This document shows, one piece after another, positions 47,720 through 62,189 of a stretch of 64,000 nucleotides of DNA (positions are counted from its first letter, which is position 1; the number at the start of each line of letters is the position of its first letter). The position numbers and the translations under genes are program-made. The DNA lies in the NCBI RefSeq assembly GCF_009914755.1, contig NC_060935.1; one strand, written 5' to 3'. The notes beneath the pieces are model-generated. The model searched no databases. It saw only the letters and a list, made by a program, of their open reading frames with translations, and was not told the origin of the DNA. Origin of the DNA: the human T2T-CHM13v2.0 reference genome, Homo sapiens.

Positions 47720-47940
47720 AAGGTAAGCAAAACAACCCATAGGCCAAATCTGGCCCACCACCTGTTTTTGCAAATAAAGTTTTATGGAAAAAAGCCATAC
47801 TCATTCATTTATATATTGTCCGTGGCTGTTTTCTCTGTGCAACAGCAGAGCAGAGTAGTTGTGACAGAAACCATAAATTACCCACAAAGCCAGAAATATT
47901 TTACTGTGTGTCCCTTTACAAAAAAATTTGCTAACTTCTG
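47720..47940 (-). mobile_element. MER58A-like hAT MITE
   Basis: ggccaaatctggcccaccacctgtttttgcaaataaagtttt...gagtagttgtgacaga...ccctttacaaaaaaatttgctaac. Confidence 0.85.
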
Positions 47941-50153
47941 CTTTATACTATTCTCCATTCCATATGGAGTAAATACCCTGAAAATTTAAATGTGACTTCC
48001 ATCAAATCTAAATAAGATCAAAAAAGGGAGGAGGAAAAAAGGCAATTTCCCCAAAAAGATGAGATGTCCATCACAGGACATTATTATTTAAATATTTACT
48101 GAACATCAACTATGTGTACATTGCTACTTTCATAACTATCTCACCATTCATAAAGAAAACACAAAGAACAAAAATATGTTTTCACTCCACAATACCAGAT
48201 AGTTTCAGAACACATTTTCTATCCAGTAAGCTCAATTTCAGCCCTAATCTCATTCCCTAACTGGAAATGCAACAAAGCGTGGCTTTTGTCCCACTATTTC
48301 GTCAAATGTATGTTCTGGCTTTGGTCTCAGCCTAGTAACCAACACCCCTACCTTGATGTCATTTCTGGCATGCCTCAATTTGTCATGATCAACAATCGTG
48401 TAGGTGACACCATATAAATTATTTTTTCAAAAATAGTAAAGTATTACAGATATAACTGGAGTGAAATATATGCTTTCTCTGTTAAAATATTATTGACATA
48501 TAAATAAATGTTTATAATCACACAAGCAAAATGTTGTATAAAGGATGAATATAAAAGCTATTAATTTTATGCTCAAAGCTGACAGTTAATATGAATAGTA
48601 AGAGAGTGTTTAGAATAACTTTAAGAACTATATCCCTTTTGAGTCAACAAATGTAAATTTAAAATTTTAATTAGATTTAAAATAGAATAATAAATATTAA
48701 GTATTTTCATAATTGTGATGTTTATAAAATTGGTATGCTTGAATTCAGAATATGAAACAAAATATTTAGTAATTAACTTCAATTAATTTAGGTCATGAGC
48801 CTTTCAAGAAAGGATTATTTGGGATTTGCTCATATCTTGTGAAGAGGAACTAAAGCAGAATGTTAACTTTGCCATCTCAATACTTCTTCAGAGGAGGAAA
48901 AACTCCAAAAATCACACACAACATCATAAAATTATCCTTGATCCACACAAATTTCAGATTGATTACTGTACTCCCAAAATTCATTCTATGATGATGTCAG
49001 CTTTGAATAAAATGTGAATTTAATTTTTATCACTTGCCATTCAGCCAAACTGGGTATTCAACACACCTCTATGTTAAACTAATTTCACTCAGAAAAAGAC
49101 GAGCTTGTTTTTGTAACAAATTTCTGCTCTCCTCAATTAGTAACAGAAGCAAAGTTAAAAAAAAAAAAAAGTACACAGCTTATTACCTACTTAAAGAAGC
49201 CCACGTGCATAGGGCCAACTCTGCAGCGGAACAAGAGTTTAACGAGATCCGGAGCAGCAGCAGGGATTTCTGAACAGGTGCTTTTGAAGCTTCCTTTAAG
49301 TTCTCACCCACACTAATTCTGAGCAATGTGCAAATCTAGTAGTTACCAAAGGCCCAAGATATTCTCCCAACGATTTCAAAAGTTAATGTTACCTCAGACT
49401 ACTCAGATAAACAAAGGAAACTATACCTAAGAACAAACATCTTTAGAAAGTAGTTTTACTTATCCTTCTCTCCGCTCCCATATCCCCAATTGTTACAAAT
49501 TCAAAAGTAGTCAATGCATCATCCTTTATCACTTTTGAGTACCAAGGATTAGATACATGCATGTGTATGTGTGTCTTCCGCCTGATGTCCAGCTAAAGTC
49601 TAGAAAGATATAAAACAGTGGTACTCTGTTTACATAACAAATTTTAATTATGTAATTATATAAAGATAGCTTTTTGTAAAATATAAGAATTGTGAAATCT
49701 GAAATTTAAACATCTGTGAAGATAATCACATTTTCTTTAAGATTGGAATCAACGCATAAAGCTGAGTCATATGATCTGTAAAAACTTTAGTACATATGGT
49801 AGTTGAGTTAGACATGTTGTTATTTAAAACATGCAAGTTAAATCACATGAATAAAGTCCTTCAGATGAACCAAAAAGCAGAAAAAAGATTTCTTTCTTTT
49901 TTGTTAACACCTTTGGTATATGAAAAAAATCTTTTCAGTTCTTTTCTCTAGAAAGGAAGTCAGGAATACTTTAAGTTCTTAAAAGCAGTATCTATGACTT
50001 TGTCGAGTAGTGGTAAAAGGCAAACGACATGACTCTTGGACAAAATTGTCTTAAAGATTATTAAAAACTATACTAAACACCAGAGATGGACTTGTTTACT
50101 AATCTTAGCCATTACTTAACAACAATGTGGGAGAAGCCAATAATACAACTTAC

Positions 50154-50207
50154 CTGGTGAACCTGAATTTCCACTTTAAGAGCCTCCTGTAGAGTCTGCA
50201 ACTCCAT
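50154..50207 (-). CDS. PHF21A: PHF21A first coding segment, MELQTLQEALKVEIQVHQ (full exon 50290-50154, 137 nt, including 83 nt of 5' UTR)
   Basis: Strong Kozak context AGGATGG at 50207. Acceptor ctttacag| at 50292-50291, donor CAG|gtaagt at 50153. 54 nt, 18 codons, phase 0. Confidence 0.96.
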
Positions 50208-50616
50208 CCTCTACCTTCTCCACTTTCTCTGCTAATTCTATAGTTTCTTCAGCCTCTGTTTAAAGTAACAAACTCCTCTTCTCACTGCAGCTGTAAAGAT
50301 CATAAAATGTTTTGGATCATTACATTTGGAATAAATATAATATTTATGTTAAATAAATTATGTTAGTAAAAGAATATCTGATTCTCTAACGCAGGGCAAG
50401 AAATTTCCCAAAGAGATTTTTTTTCCCTCAAAACAATTCTTCAAGTATTCCTCTAAAGAACACTTCAAATAACTAAGAAATGAAAAACCAAAAAAAGGGT
50501 TTAATCTGGTCATGGAAACATCTAAGCACCCACTACATGCTCAGCACTGTGTTAATCACTACATACTGAGGATACAGAGCTGAGTAAGACCACTTCTGTC
50601 TTCAATGAGACTATAA

Positions 50617-50966
<350 letters not shown>

Positions 50967-52082
50967 AAAATCATACATTTTTAAACTTCACACAGAGTGG
51001 ACTGGAGAGTTCAGGGTTTCTCGGAGGTTAACGAATGCCAGGGTAGTTTTATTTGGATGGGTTCTTACTCTACATAAAAAACAGAGAAACTCAAAATGGG
51101 GAAATTCTGGTATAACTTAAACATTTACATTTAACAAATTAATACTCAAAACAGACAAATACAATGCAATATAACTGTACTATCCACGAACTTATGATGT
51201 GGATATTTTAAAATGTATCTATCGTGTGTAATTGAGGTGGTCTAGTAATGGAACACATGTCCAGCTTTACAATGAAAATCATCTTCTTTCAAGCTTGCCA
51301 GTCATCTCTTTGACTATACATATAATGGCATGTGGAGATAATGTCAAAAGTCTAAATCTGTTAATATGACACCCAGCTTGACCTTCCTATCTCCCTCAGT
51401 CATCACTGCTCTAATTTAAATTATTTCGATGGCTAATTTATCCTTTATTGTTGTTTTCTTTTCTTGAATGTGGCCTTAGACATGATTTTAGGTACTCTGT
51501 CAAAGCAAAAGTCTGTTTTTGCCTGAATAAATTTAAATTTTACTTCAAATTTCTTTTCTTCTTTGCACCTATAAAGCTTGTAGCTAGAGCAGCTTTTTAG
51601 CATTCATATAAATTGGGGAATGGAACAATCAGGAAGTTAGAGGAACCACTACTCCTTAAACCAATACAATAAGATTCATGATCTTCATATTTCTAAATAT
51701 TATTTACCTATGGGTACAGTCTATATTCAACCTAAGTTTTCTAAGAGTCCTTTGAAAACTGGTTTAACAGAGTTATAATGGAATCATTAACTAGGGAGTA
51801 TATTCTTGTGAATATGAGTTTTCAATATATTTGCTTATTCTCATTAGGCATAAAACATCAGCAGAAATCTCTCTCTCAGGGCTTATATACTAGATTATAT
51901 AACATCAAAATACTCAAACCTAAAAAAGAATAAATTCCAAAAGTGCAAAATTCCTTTAAATTCACATTTGCAAAGGATAGGAAAAATTTACTGTATAATG
52001 ATAATGTTAAACAAAACATTTTAAAAGGCAGTATATTTAAGGGAGTTATTAACAATTTAGAAAGGGAGACATACTATGGTGA

Positions 52083-52405
<323 letters not shown>

Positions 52406-53669
52406 AGCTATTATCTTTTAAAATATTTGGAATGATAACCAATCAATCAATAAATATCAGAATCATTAAGTCACTAAGACCAAGATTTTTGTTATCATGT
52501 AAGCTTACTCTACCTGCAATACTAAAGTTAAAACTACACAGCCACTTTAATTTTAAATAACAAAATAATCTCCCTACTCAAATTCCTGATTATGTATTAC
52601 AGTTCTTCTTGAAAACAACACTTGGTTTTAATTTTTACAAGGCTCTACCAGAAAATGTGTCCAAAATGATTCCTTATAATTTTTGTCAAGAATCACTTTG
52701 AAGTTGAAGGTGTATTTTTCAAATATTCGTACTTCATTCTACTGACAGTAACATAAAACCATAGTTCAATTCAATTCACATAAACTCTGGAAATGAACGG
52801 CAGGTTAAAACACAAAGAACTTAACATTATACATAACAAAGGGCTGATACAGTTTATATATTTAGGGCCCTCAAAAATTGATAACAAAAATCTATGAAAA
52901 AACAATTTACAGAAGAAATAAGAATGACCAACAAACATGAAAAACTTCCATCTTTTAAGACACAGAAATATAACTAAGATTATATGCTTTGTCTATCAAA
53001 CTGAAGACCTATAAGATAATAATACTCTGAGCTGTCTAGAATTTGTGTCAGGTGCCACTTCGCAATTTGCTGATGGTTATCTCTAGGTAGTAGCACTGTC
53101 AGTTATTTACTTTCTTCTTTTTGGGGTATTGATATTTTCAAAATTTTCCATAAAAAATATGCACATCTTTTTAAACAAGAAGACATTAACCAAGGATTTG
53201 TAGATAAAGCATCAGAAAACATTATACTATCAAACAAAATGCTCAGGAAAAGAAAAAGTTAAAACCAGGGTTTAACTTGAAGACTGTAAATGTCAAAGAG
53301 TGCCTCGCACAATAATAAGCCTGCAACTCAAGTTAATGAGGAGCCGATGGCTTTTACTTTCTCCATCGGATTGTTGTCTGCTTCTCAGAGATACACAAAG
53401 GCATGAAGTTTTATTCAGCAAGGACTCTAAATGCCAATTACTCATTTTATTTCAAAATAAAACTAAAAGGGTTAAAAAAGTTAGGACTAGTTGTAGAAAA
53501 ACATATGAAGGATTAGAAGATTCATTTGAAATTCTTTTTCTTTTCTTCAGAAAGATCTCTTTCTGGATAGTAATTTTAAGAGACTGGTCTGTGCGGAAAG
53601 AAACAAATTATAGACATGTATTTATAGTTTACAAAAACAAGGCAGGTACATGTTGAATCTTGTTTGTTT

Positions 53670-54043
53670 AATTTTATTTTTTCTTGTAGAGAAGGGGTCT
53701 CATATGTTGCCCAGGCTGGTCACGAATACATGCTGAATATTTTGAAAAAATTTTTTTCCTGAGATAGGGTCTTACTGTGTCACCCAGGCTAAAGTGCAGT
53801 GGTGCGATCACGGCTCACTGCAGCCTCAACTTGCTGGGCTCAAGTGATCCTCCTGCCTTAGCATCTTGAGTAGCTGTGACTACAGGTGTGCCCCACCATA
53901 CCTGGCTAATTTTTGTATTTTTTTGTAGTGACAGGGTTTCGCCATGTTGCCTAGGCTGGTCTTGAGCTCCTGGGCTAAAGTGACCCATCCACCTTCAGCC
54001 TCCCAAAGTGTGGGATTACAGGTGTGAGCCACTGCACCCAGCT
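53670..54043 (-). mobile_element. Short truncated Alu monomer (53670-53724) followed by an AluJ (53750-54043)
   Basis: The fragment is flanked by tacatgYtgaat repeats; the full AluJ is flanked by tgaaaaaa. Confidence 0.9.
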
Positions 54044-54395
54044 GAAAAAATATTTTGAGGTCTTGGACATCTCATGCAGTCATCTGAATACCACTGGGAG
54101 GCAGTTTATAGCATCAAAAGAATTATTGGCTACATTTGTAAAAGATGATTTAACATATTTTGACCAATTCTAACAAGTTATAAATAACAAATCAGTTGCT
54201 GCAAAGTGAATACCATCAGACTCACAAGACAGTAACACACTGCATTCCACCATAATGAGTGACTCTCACCATCCAACAGCTCTACAAGTCACTATCAGCA
54301 AGGCCACTTGCCTAGCCCAAAATATTAGCATTTGCAATCTTCCAAACGGTACATGTCAAACCATTCTGATATCTAATGGCCTCTAACTTTCCAAT

Positions 54396-54430
<35 letters not shown>
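54396..54430. repeat. (AAC)n trinucleotide microsatellite
   Basis: About 11 consecutive AAC units. Confidence 0.97.
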
Positions 54431-56369
54431 AACATAAAAACCAAACACACAAACCAAACACACAAAAACAATAATAAAATCCCACTAAAAAGGTCAGCCA
54501 TGGTATCTGGAAAGCACATTCACCATCCCAAAAAACAAAAAATGCTAATTCTACTTACTCACTGTGTGACTACTCTCATCCCCAGGGTTCATTTGTTTGT
54601 TTGCTTGTAAATCAGGAAAATGGAAACAATATCACCTACTTCATAAGACTGTTGTGGTTTAAATAAGGCAAAATTATATGAAAAGCCCTTTGCAAACTGT
54701 AAAGTTTTATGATAGTTTTAATACACTTAATTCTTTTCTCTATACAGACTTTTTAATAGAACTTCTCTACATAGTATATATCTAGAAGACTGTAGGCTTT
54801 TCTGTTCTCAAATTCTCTAAGGAGGTTCTTCTAACTATTTCTCTGGGTATACTTCTGCTTGAAGATATGTGACCTGCAGGTCTTTCATTACGATTCTAAT
54901 AACTCGAAGGAAAGCTATAACTCCAATTTTACTGCTAAGAAATATTTTGCTGTTACTGAGTTGACAGAAACCTTTTTCCAATCAAAACTTGACTCATCAA
55001 CCAACATTTCTTTAACTAACGATAAGTCCATGACACAGTGTGCCCCCAAACTGTCCCTAAAAAGGACAACTCCATGTTCTCTATACCATGCATTTATTTG
55101 GTGTGAAACTCCTCTGCTTTTTATCTATATTCTCAGACACAATGTTTAAAGTAGGTTTAATTCATTTTTTTAAATAGGAAAAAGTAGGTCTTGACAGTCA
55201 TCTACGTATCTTTACTTCTTGTACCATGCTTAATATTTGAATATCAGGTTTCAATTTGTACAAAATACTTCCTACTATGTATCTAATATGTAGGTAGATA
55301 AAATAATATCTTTATTAGCAGTAGTGCTAAAATTACCATGAATGCAAAAAATAATAAAATTCTTTTAATACTATTTATTAAAAACTTTAACATTTATTAA
55401 CATGAATCAATACAAATGACAACATTAAAAAACATAATGTAATGTCTATTTTCTTATCATTTAGCAAATTTTCAACACATCTTGATTTATTTTCATCACA
55501 GTGTTTCTTTTATGACACTCCACAGGTGAACAGAAAATACTACTGCACAAAGAGCTTGGCAACCCTGATTTTCGAGGCGAACCCTCTGAATGTGGTAAGG
55601 CTGCTATGTTAAAATTCTGGTGTGACAGCTATTGACCTCCTTAGCTAGTTGGATGTTTCTATACTATTAAATTATATTTAATAATGTTGTTTCCTATGAA
55701 ATAAAAAAATATGCATACATATCATTACATTTATGATATCTAAATGTCTGAATGTATGTGAGTATAAAATATCTTTCTAATCTCTATTTGTTTTGGAGGG
55801 GGTGGGGGGCGGGTCCTCATTTTTTAAAAAAGGAATCTCTACACAGGTCATACCTCCACTGCAACGTGCAGGCTATTATGGTGCCTTGGGCCAGGCCAGG
55901 GTTCCCCATAGCACCCTCCTTCACAAGTCTGTGTAGTGTCCTGGACCCCTCCCTACCATCATCAGTGCTCAGCCCAATATACAGTTTCTACCTCTGCTTC
56001 CTGGGGTCCAGGCTGTCTAAATATACACATTCTTCTATTTCCTAACTTTCTTTACAAAAATCAGGCACGTCTACTAGATTATCCCAACCACATCCAACAA
56101 AAGGAAAACTGAGTAAATTTTAAAATACACAGAAATTGAAAATGGAGGAGGTTGGGGAGTAAGGTATGAGAGCATAGTGACAATGAGGCCAAGGTTTTAG
56201 AACTAGTTGTCACATTTACCAGAATGTTATTAATATTTAATGACTATTTAAAAAAAAACTGTCCAGACAAGCCTGGCCAGAATCTTACAAATATATACCA
56301 CACAAAGGATAATGCAAGTGGGTGTGGTAGTCTCAGCATAACCAATAAATACTTAATAGAAGTGGAAGT

Positions 56370-56490
56370 TATGGGAGATAGATTTCAGATCAATATAAGG
56401 AAAAGGAAGAACTAAGGATAAGAGTCGTACAAAAAAGGAATGGGTTACCTTATGAGGTAGTGGGCTCCCTGTCATTAGAAGTATTCAAGA
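56370..56490. mobile_element. CR1/L3-like LINE fragment (supplies the donor of the 112-nt UTR exon)
   Basis: ggaatgggttaccttatgaggtagtgggctccctgtcattagaagtattcaag is typical of the L3/CR1 3' region. Confidence 0.55.
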
Positions 56491-56560
56491 ATGCTGCATA
56501 TCATATCCCCCTCTTGGAGATTCACAATGCACATTAGCATATTAAAGGTTCTGAGAAGTC
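56449..56560 (-). other. PHF21A: PHF21A 112-nt (probably alternative) 5'-UTR exon built from transposon remnants
   Basis: gtttctttactgcag|GACTTC...CATAAG|gtaacc. It lies between the 41-nt UTR exon and the ATG exon and resembles my recollection of the PHF21A 5' UTR. Confidence 0.7.
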
Positions 56561-56720
56561 CTGCAGTAAAGAAACCTGTTTAACTTTGTTTAATGCAGCA
56601 TTTCCCAAATTACTTGACCACAGAAGCCTTTTCCCACCCCCACCCCACCTCAATAATACTTATTTTTTGTGGAAGTAGAATTCCTCAGAATACATTATAG
56701 AAAATGAGCTACATTTTTTT
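56490..56720. mobile_element. hAT-Charlie-type DNA transposon fragment (supplies the acceptor of the 112-nt UTR exon)
   Basis: ttcacaatgcacattagcatattaaaggttctgagaagtcctgcagtaaagaaacctgtttaac...catttcccaaa resembles Charlie4-like repeats; subfamily uncertain. Confidence 0.55.
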
Positions 56721-56816
56721 TAAATGTGGTATTCAATATGTACCTGAATAACAACCTGTCAGGGATCTAGAAGAAACTGCCACACAAGGTAAAATACTGG
56801 AGGAGAAGGCCCTTAA

Positions 56817-56945
56817 CCCATTTATACCTAGTGTTCCATTATTGGAACACTAAGCTTGTGGGAGTTATTTATATCCTACTGCTCAAGTTCATTGCCAAAG
56901 TCTGATTTTTCACAAAAAAAATTTGCAACCTCTGGTATAAATGGG
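56817..56945 (+). mobile_element. MER85 non-autonomous piggyBac (PGBD3-family) MITE, full length
   Basis: TTAA target duplications at 56813-56816 and 56946-56949. TIRs are CCCATTTATACC / GGTATAAATGGG. The internal palindrome GTTCCATTATTGGAAC is at 56833-56848. Confidence 0.92.
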
Positions 56946-57716
56946 TTAAGGTCGCTTCTCTAAGATTCCATCCCATGTCAAAGTAAAGAGCTATAGGATC
57001 TTGATTATTTATTTTAAAAGGTTTAATGAGAGAAAGGCAAGTAGAATAAAAAGGTAGTAAATGCAAGGATTAACTAGTTCAAGTGCCTCCATTAAACATG
57101 TTCAAATCCCAGTCCCCAAAAGGAAGAGAGACACCACAAGCACCATAAACTATCAAAAGGAAACCTTGGCCAAATATCTACTATATCTACTCCACCCACC
57201 AAGTTAATTACTATTTGAGAGAGGATTTAAAAATTTTTTTAAAAAGGAGTAGTCTTGCACTAGGCGACTACCCTATTCCAGCTATCTTATTTGAGTGTAA
57301 TTTTTTTCATAATACACACTCTCCTAATAAAGTTAATATTTGTTTGATGGCTAGTCACTAGATTGCCCTGTGCATTCAAAGAAATGTTTAAGAATGATGA
57401 AGAGCCATTAAAAAAATCTCTCAAAGTAGATATTAGGAAAAAATGTTTGCCTGTATGCCCCACAATTACATTTCTCTCTCTTTTTCTCTCTTTTTCCTTT
57501 TGAAGAATTATATAAAACAACACATGCTAAAAATGTACTATCAGACATGAAGCTAACCAATCCAATATTAATTTTAAGAATGCAAATAAACACGAGTCCC
57601 AAATTTCAAAGTCAAGTTTCCACAGTTAAATTAACCTAAGCCACTCTGCACATATACTAAGGCCATCAAATAGAACAGCATATTAAGTAACACAAAACAC
57701 TATAGGAATCTTAATC

Positions 57717-57846
57717 TTTTTTTAAGAGATGAGGGTCTCGTTTTGTTGCCAGCTTCAAGCTGGATGACTTGAATTGGCTCAAGCCATCCTCCTGCCTCAG
57801 CTTCCTAAGTAACTGGAGCTATAGGCACACACCACTGGGCCTGGCT
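57717..57846 (-). mobile_element. FLAM/Alu monomer, diverged
   Basis: gagatgagggtctcg...gctcaagccatcctcctgcctcagc; flanked by ggaatct. Confidence 0.8.
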
Positions 57847-58174
57847 GGGAATCTGAACTTTTGAATTTCTTGACGTTTGAATTCTCAACCAGAACCATTG
57901 CATTAAGGACATTTTTGGAAAACGGGACTTTTACATTTTAACAGGTTATCGAATGGTGGAACATGCAGGCCTAGCTGTATTAGCAGAAACACAAATGCGT
58001 TTGAAGTATAGCTACGTGAAATTAGACAATTCATTTCCACTTAGTGCAAATAGCAAAGCCCCATTTCTGAGAGAGAGCCTATTTGCCAAAAAAAAAAAAA
58101 ATCACAATATTTGAATAACTATCCAGCTAGCATCAGGATCAGGCACACGATGTCTACCTAGTCAAAGTACTTAC

Positions 58175-58215
58175 CAATTTTGGGGAAACTGGCTCTCCTT
58201 CAGCTCTCTAGCCCC
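58175..58215 (-). other. PHF21A: PHF21A 41-nt 5'-UTR exon
   Basis: ccattttcccgttcttctgttatag|GGGGCTAGAG...AAAATTG|gtaagt: strong acceptor and consensus donor around a purine-rich exon body. Confidence 0.85.
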
Positions 58216-58739
58216 CTATAACAGAAGAACGGGAAAATGGAATTAGACAACACACACATATTTATGACATGTCATTAAAAGCTGAAGACTCAAAGATTAC
58301 TGATTTTAAGAAGAAAAAACAAAACACACACAAGTTTCCAAAGTTTTAAAACCCAAAAGAAAAAAAGAAGCAATAGGTAATTTTTACAGCAAAGAAAAGA
58401 ACTCAAGAGCAGTTAAATTGCTACTTTTCCATAGTTTTTCAAGACAAGCAAAAGTAAGTAGTTGATAATTTTCCTTTCCTAAGAGACACATAGAAATGAA
58501 ATGCACCTCATTTAAATAACATACAACTACTCCTTCATCCCCAACAAGTGACCTCTACTGTCAGTTGTTTTACATTAACAAATTAAGGTAACATCACTAG
58601 TTCTTAGTTTGGTCCTCATAAAAGGCATTTTTTTCAATTAATCTTGAAATGTATTTGCCTTATATAAGGCTTTAAAATCACAGCATTTTATAATAATGTA
58701 TAGTCAGAATTTTAATTAAACTTTTTTTCACATTCTTAG

Positions 58740-59049
<310 letters not shown>

Positions 59050-60329
59050 ACATCTTACCACTTTAGATTGTAAACCACATACACAAAAGCTATTTGTTTC
59101 TATGCCACATATCTAATCAGTGATGAAGCCAGAAAGAAAATTTAGGTTTTGGGATCCCAATCCAATATTAGGAAACAAAAATTAAAACTTTTCCCTTAAT
59201 ATTTTAGTATTAAATTATTTAAACTCCACTATATGCTATGCTCTAAAACTACATGTCTTCCTTTTGCCTTAAATATGGTGTTTGTTGACTGATATTACTC
59301 CAATAGTGTCTCATTGCCTCAGGGAATATTTCAAAAGAGCTTCATGTCTCCCAGATTGTAAATCTTTGTTTAACCATGTACAGTTATACCAAACATACGA
59401 TAAAATTATTTAAAAGGGCCCCAGTTCATGCAGTTAGCACTCATTTCCAAAGAAAGTCAATGTGCTATTCTATTCTGCCTTTTCTTTAGCAGCTGTCCTT
59501 TTTAAAGTTCTCAGGCCCATGCAAATAACAATTTTAATCACCAAGGTTAGGATGACTCTCAACCAAAAGAGAAATCATGCAACAATCTGTAGAACAATGC
59601 AGTTATTAAAAAGTGGATTCTTAACACTACTGATATCTACAGGACTCTGTGCCACTCAAAAGGTTGCCTCAAACAGTACCAGGCACATAGTAAATGCTCA
59701 ATAAATGTTTGTTAAGTCAATGAATTGACTAAACAGACACTTAAGCTGTCTGTTGAGGGCTTATCTTCCCTATTAGGGCTTTCATGTTAGCTCTTTTAGG
59801 CTGGGGATAATTTCTTATGCATCGATTTCCAGCAGCATTATTTGTTAAATGAATGACTTTCTGGAACTGTTTTCATCCAAGTTGTTGATTAGGAAGTAAA
59901 ATATTACCATTTTAAAATATAGTAAAAAGGAAAAGACTGATAAATTGGACAAAATTAAAATTAAGAACTTCTGCTCATCAAAAAAACACCATTAAGAAAG
60001 TGAAAAGGTAAACCACAGAATCGGAGGTGATAATTATATTACGTATAATCAACACAGGCTTATACCCACAATATATAAAATATGTTGAAATTCAAAGTGA
60101 TGAGGATGGGACTGGGATTTTAACTTATACAGCATTTGAGAAAGTATTAATAAATGCTGCTGAAAAGTCATATTCAACAAAAGGCAGCACAATGTACATA
60201 TATCTTATCTCCAAGGCATTTTCTCCAAAAATGAGGAGCAGGGCCAATCCTGAACTGATAAAGAATTTTGCCATGATATCCTGAAATCATGATGTCATGA
60301 AACTGCTCATAAGACTATTTGTAGGGACT

Positions 60330-60460
60330 GCAGAAATCGCATAGAAAATCAAACCCGGAAAAGTTAAGTGATTTCCCCAAAGGTCACTCAGCTAGCTGAT
60401 AGTGAAGCTGGAGAAGAGCTTATGGGCCCGAGATTCCTTGGCTGAGTTCATTTTCCACTA
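60330..60460. mobile_element. MIR core fragment
   Basis: aagttaagtgatttccccaaaggtcactcagctagct...gaagctgg. Confidence 0.65.
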
Positions 60461-60603
60461 GACCTCACTTTCTCTTAACCCGCTGCAGGAGTTACTCTTC
60501 TAAAAAACAAACTACAATAAACACTAGCGAAATATTTTTGGAAAAGTCTGCACATAAAGTTTTAAAGAAAAATCACATAAGCCATCTTAAAACATGAAAT
60601 CCT

Positions 60604-60988
<385 letters not shown>

Positions 60989-62189
60989 CTATACATATCA
61001 GCATAGGTACACCTTTCTTGGAAGAGGGTCCACGGCTTTAATTGGTTTCACAATGAGGTTCACATACCCAAAAAGAGGAAATTATTTTTAGACTAATGAT
61101 TCTTAAACACTGTGCACATCAGAAATCCCAAAGTGTTTCTTCTGAAGATTGAATATTAATTGACTACCATTTGGAAATTGTCAAAAAAAAAAGCAAATAT
61201 TCTATTTCTATAATTTAAGAAAACTGAGCAGCAAAAAGCAAGATCTATACACACGTTTGTGCTTTTTACACTATCCATATGTAAAACATATTTAAGTCTG
61301 AAATGCAAGTTTGATTTCTTCATGTTAAGCTGGTTAAAAGCCACTTAGTTTGTTTCTCACATACATTTCACACTTCTAACTAAGGTACTTCAAAATTTTA
61401 ACCATATTTGCTTAAATTTTTAAAAGATAGATTTGTTCTTGAAAAATATATCCAAAACACCTAAGTTAGAGTAAATGAAATTATTTTTGCTTTTAGAGGT
61501 GTTATACTATCTTGCTAATATAATGTCATACAATTTTTTGCAAACGGAAGATTGTTCACCTCTCCAGAACTTCACAGGTAACTGCTCTAATTAGAGCTGG
61601 TAAAGAAACAAATCATCCAGATTTCTCATATGGTTATAATATTTTAAATATTATAAATAAATCTAAAGCAATTAATAATTATTTAAATACCTTTTGTAAA
61701 ATATCTGAAACCCTTGCGATATGAAGAATCTGTATTAAACAAAACTTGCAGAGAAAAAGTTTAATACTAGATCATGTTTTAAATTAGGCTAAAATTTAAT
61801 TCACCCTACTACAAATTTCAAATGATTAAGTTTATAGCCTGTGCTCAATCATAAATTTTGATAAGGGACTAGAATAGCACAGATAATTGTCATTCAAAGA
61901 CACTTTAAAATGTCACCTTACCCAGAAGATTCAATCTCTTCTCTTCCCCTTACTATACCAAGCTGATAGAGGCCCCCAAACTGAGTTTTATACACCACTG
62001 GCTTTACTGCTTTTTATCTACCCTTCCTAACTTCCAACAGAAAGCAAGTAAGTTTGAAATAAATTTAAATGCAGATAAGTGGTTAGAAGAAAAAGCAGAA
62101 TCCCGCTTGATAGGCTTAGTCCTTGGGGCCCCAACATCTTAATAACCATCCCTCTTGTACCCACCTCTCTTACCCTCTCCTGGACATTC

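Noticed and set aside
55795-55813. G-rich run as a possible G-quadruplex
   Set aside because: Only three clear G3+ tracts, on the non-transcript strand, with no supporting context.
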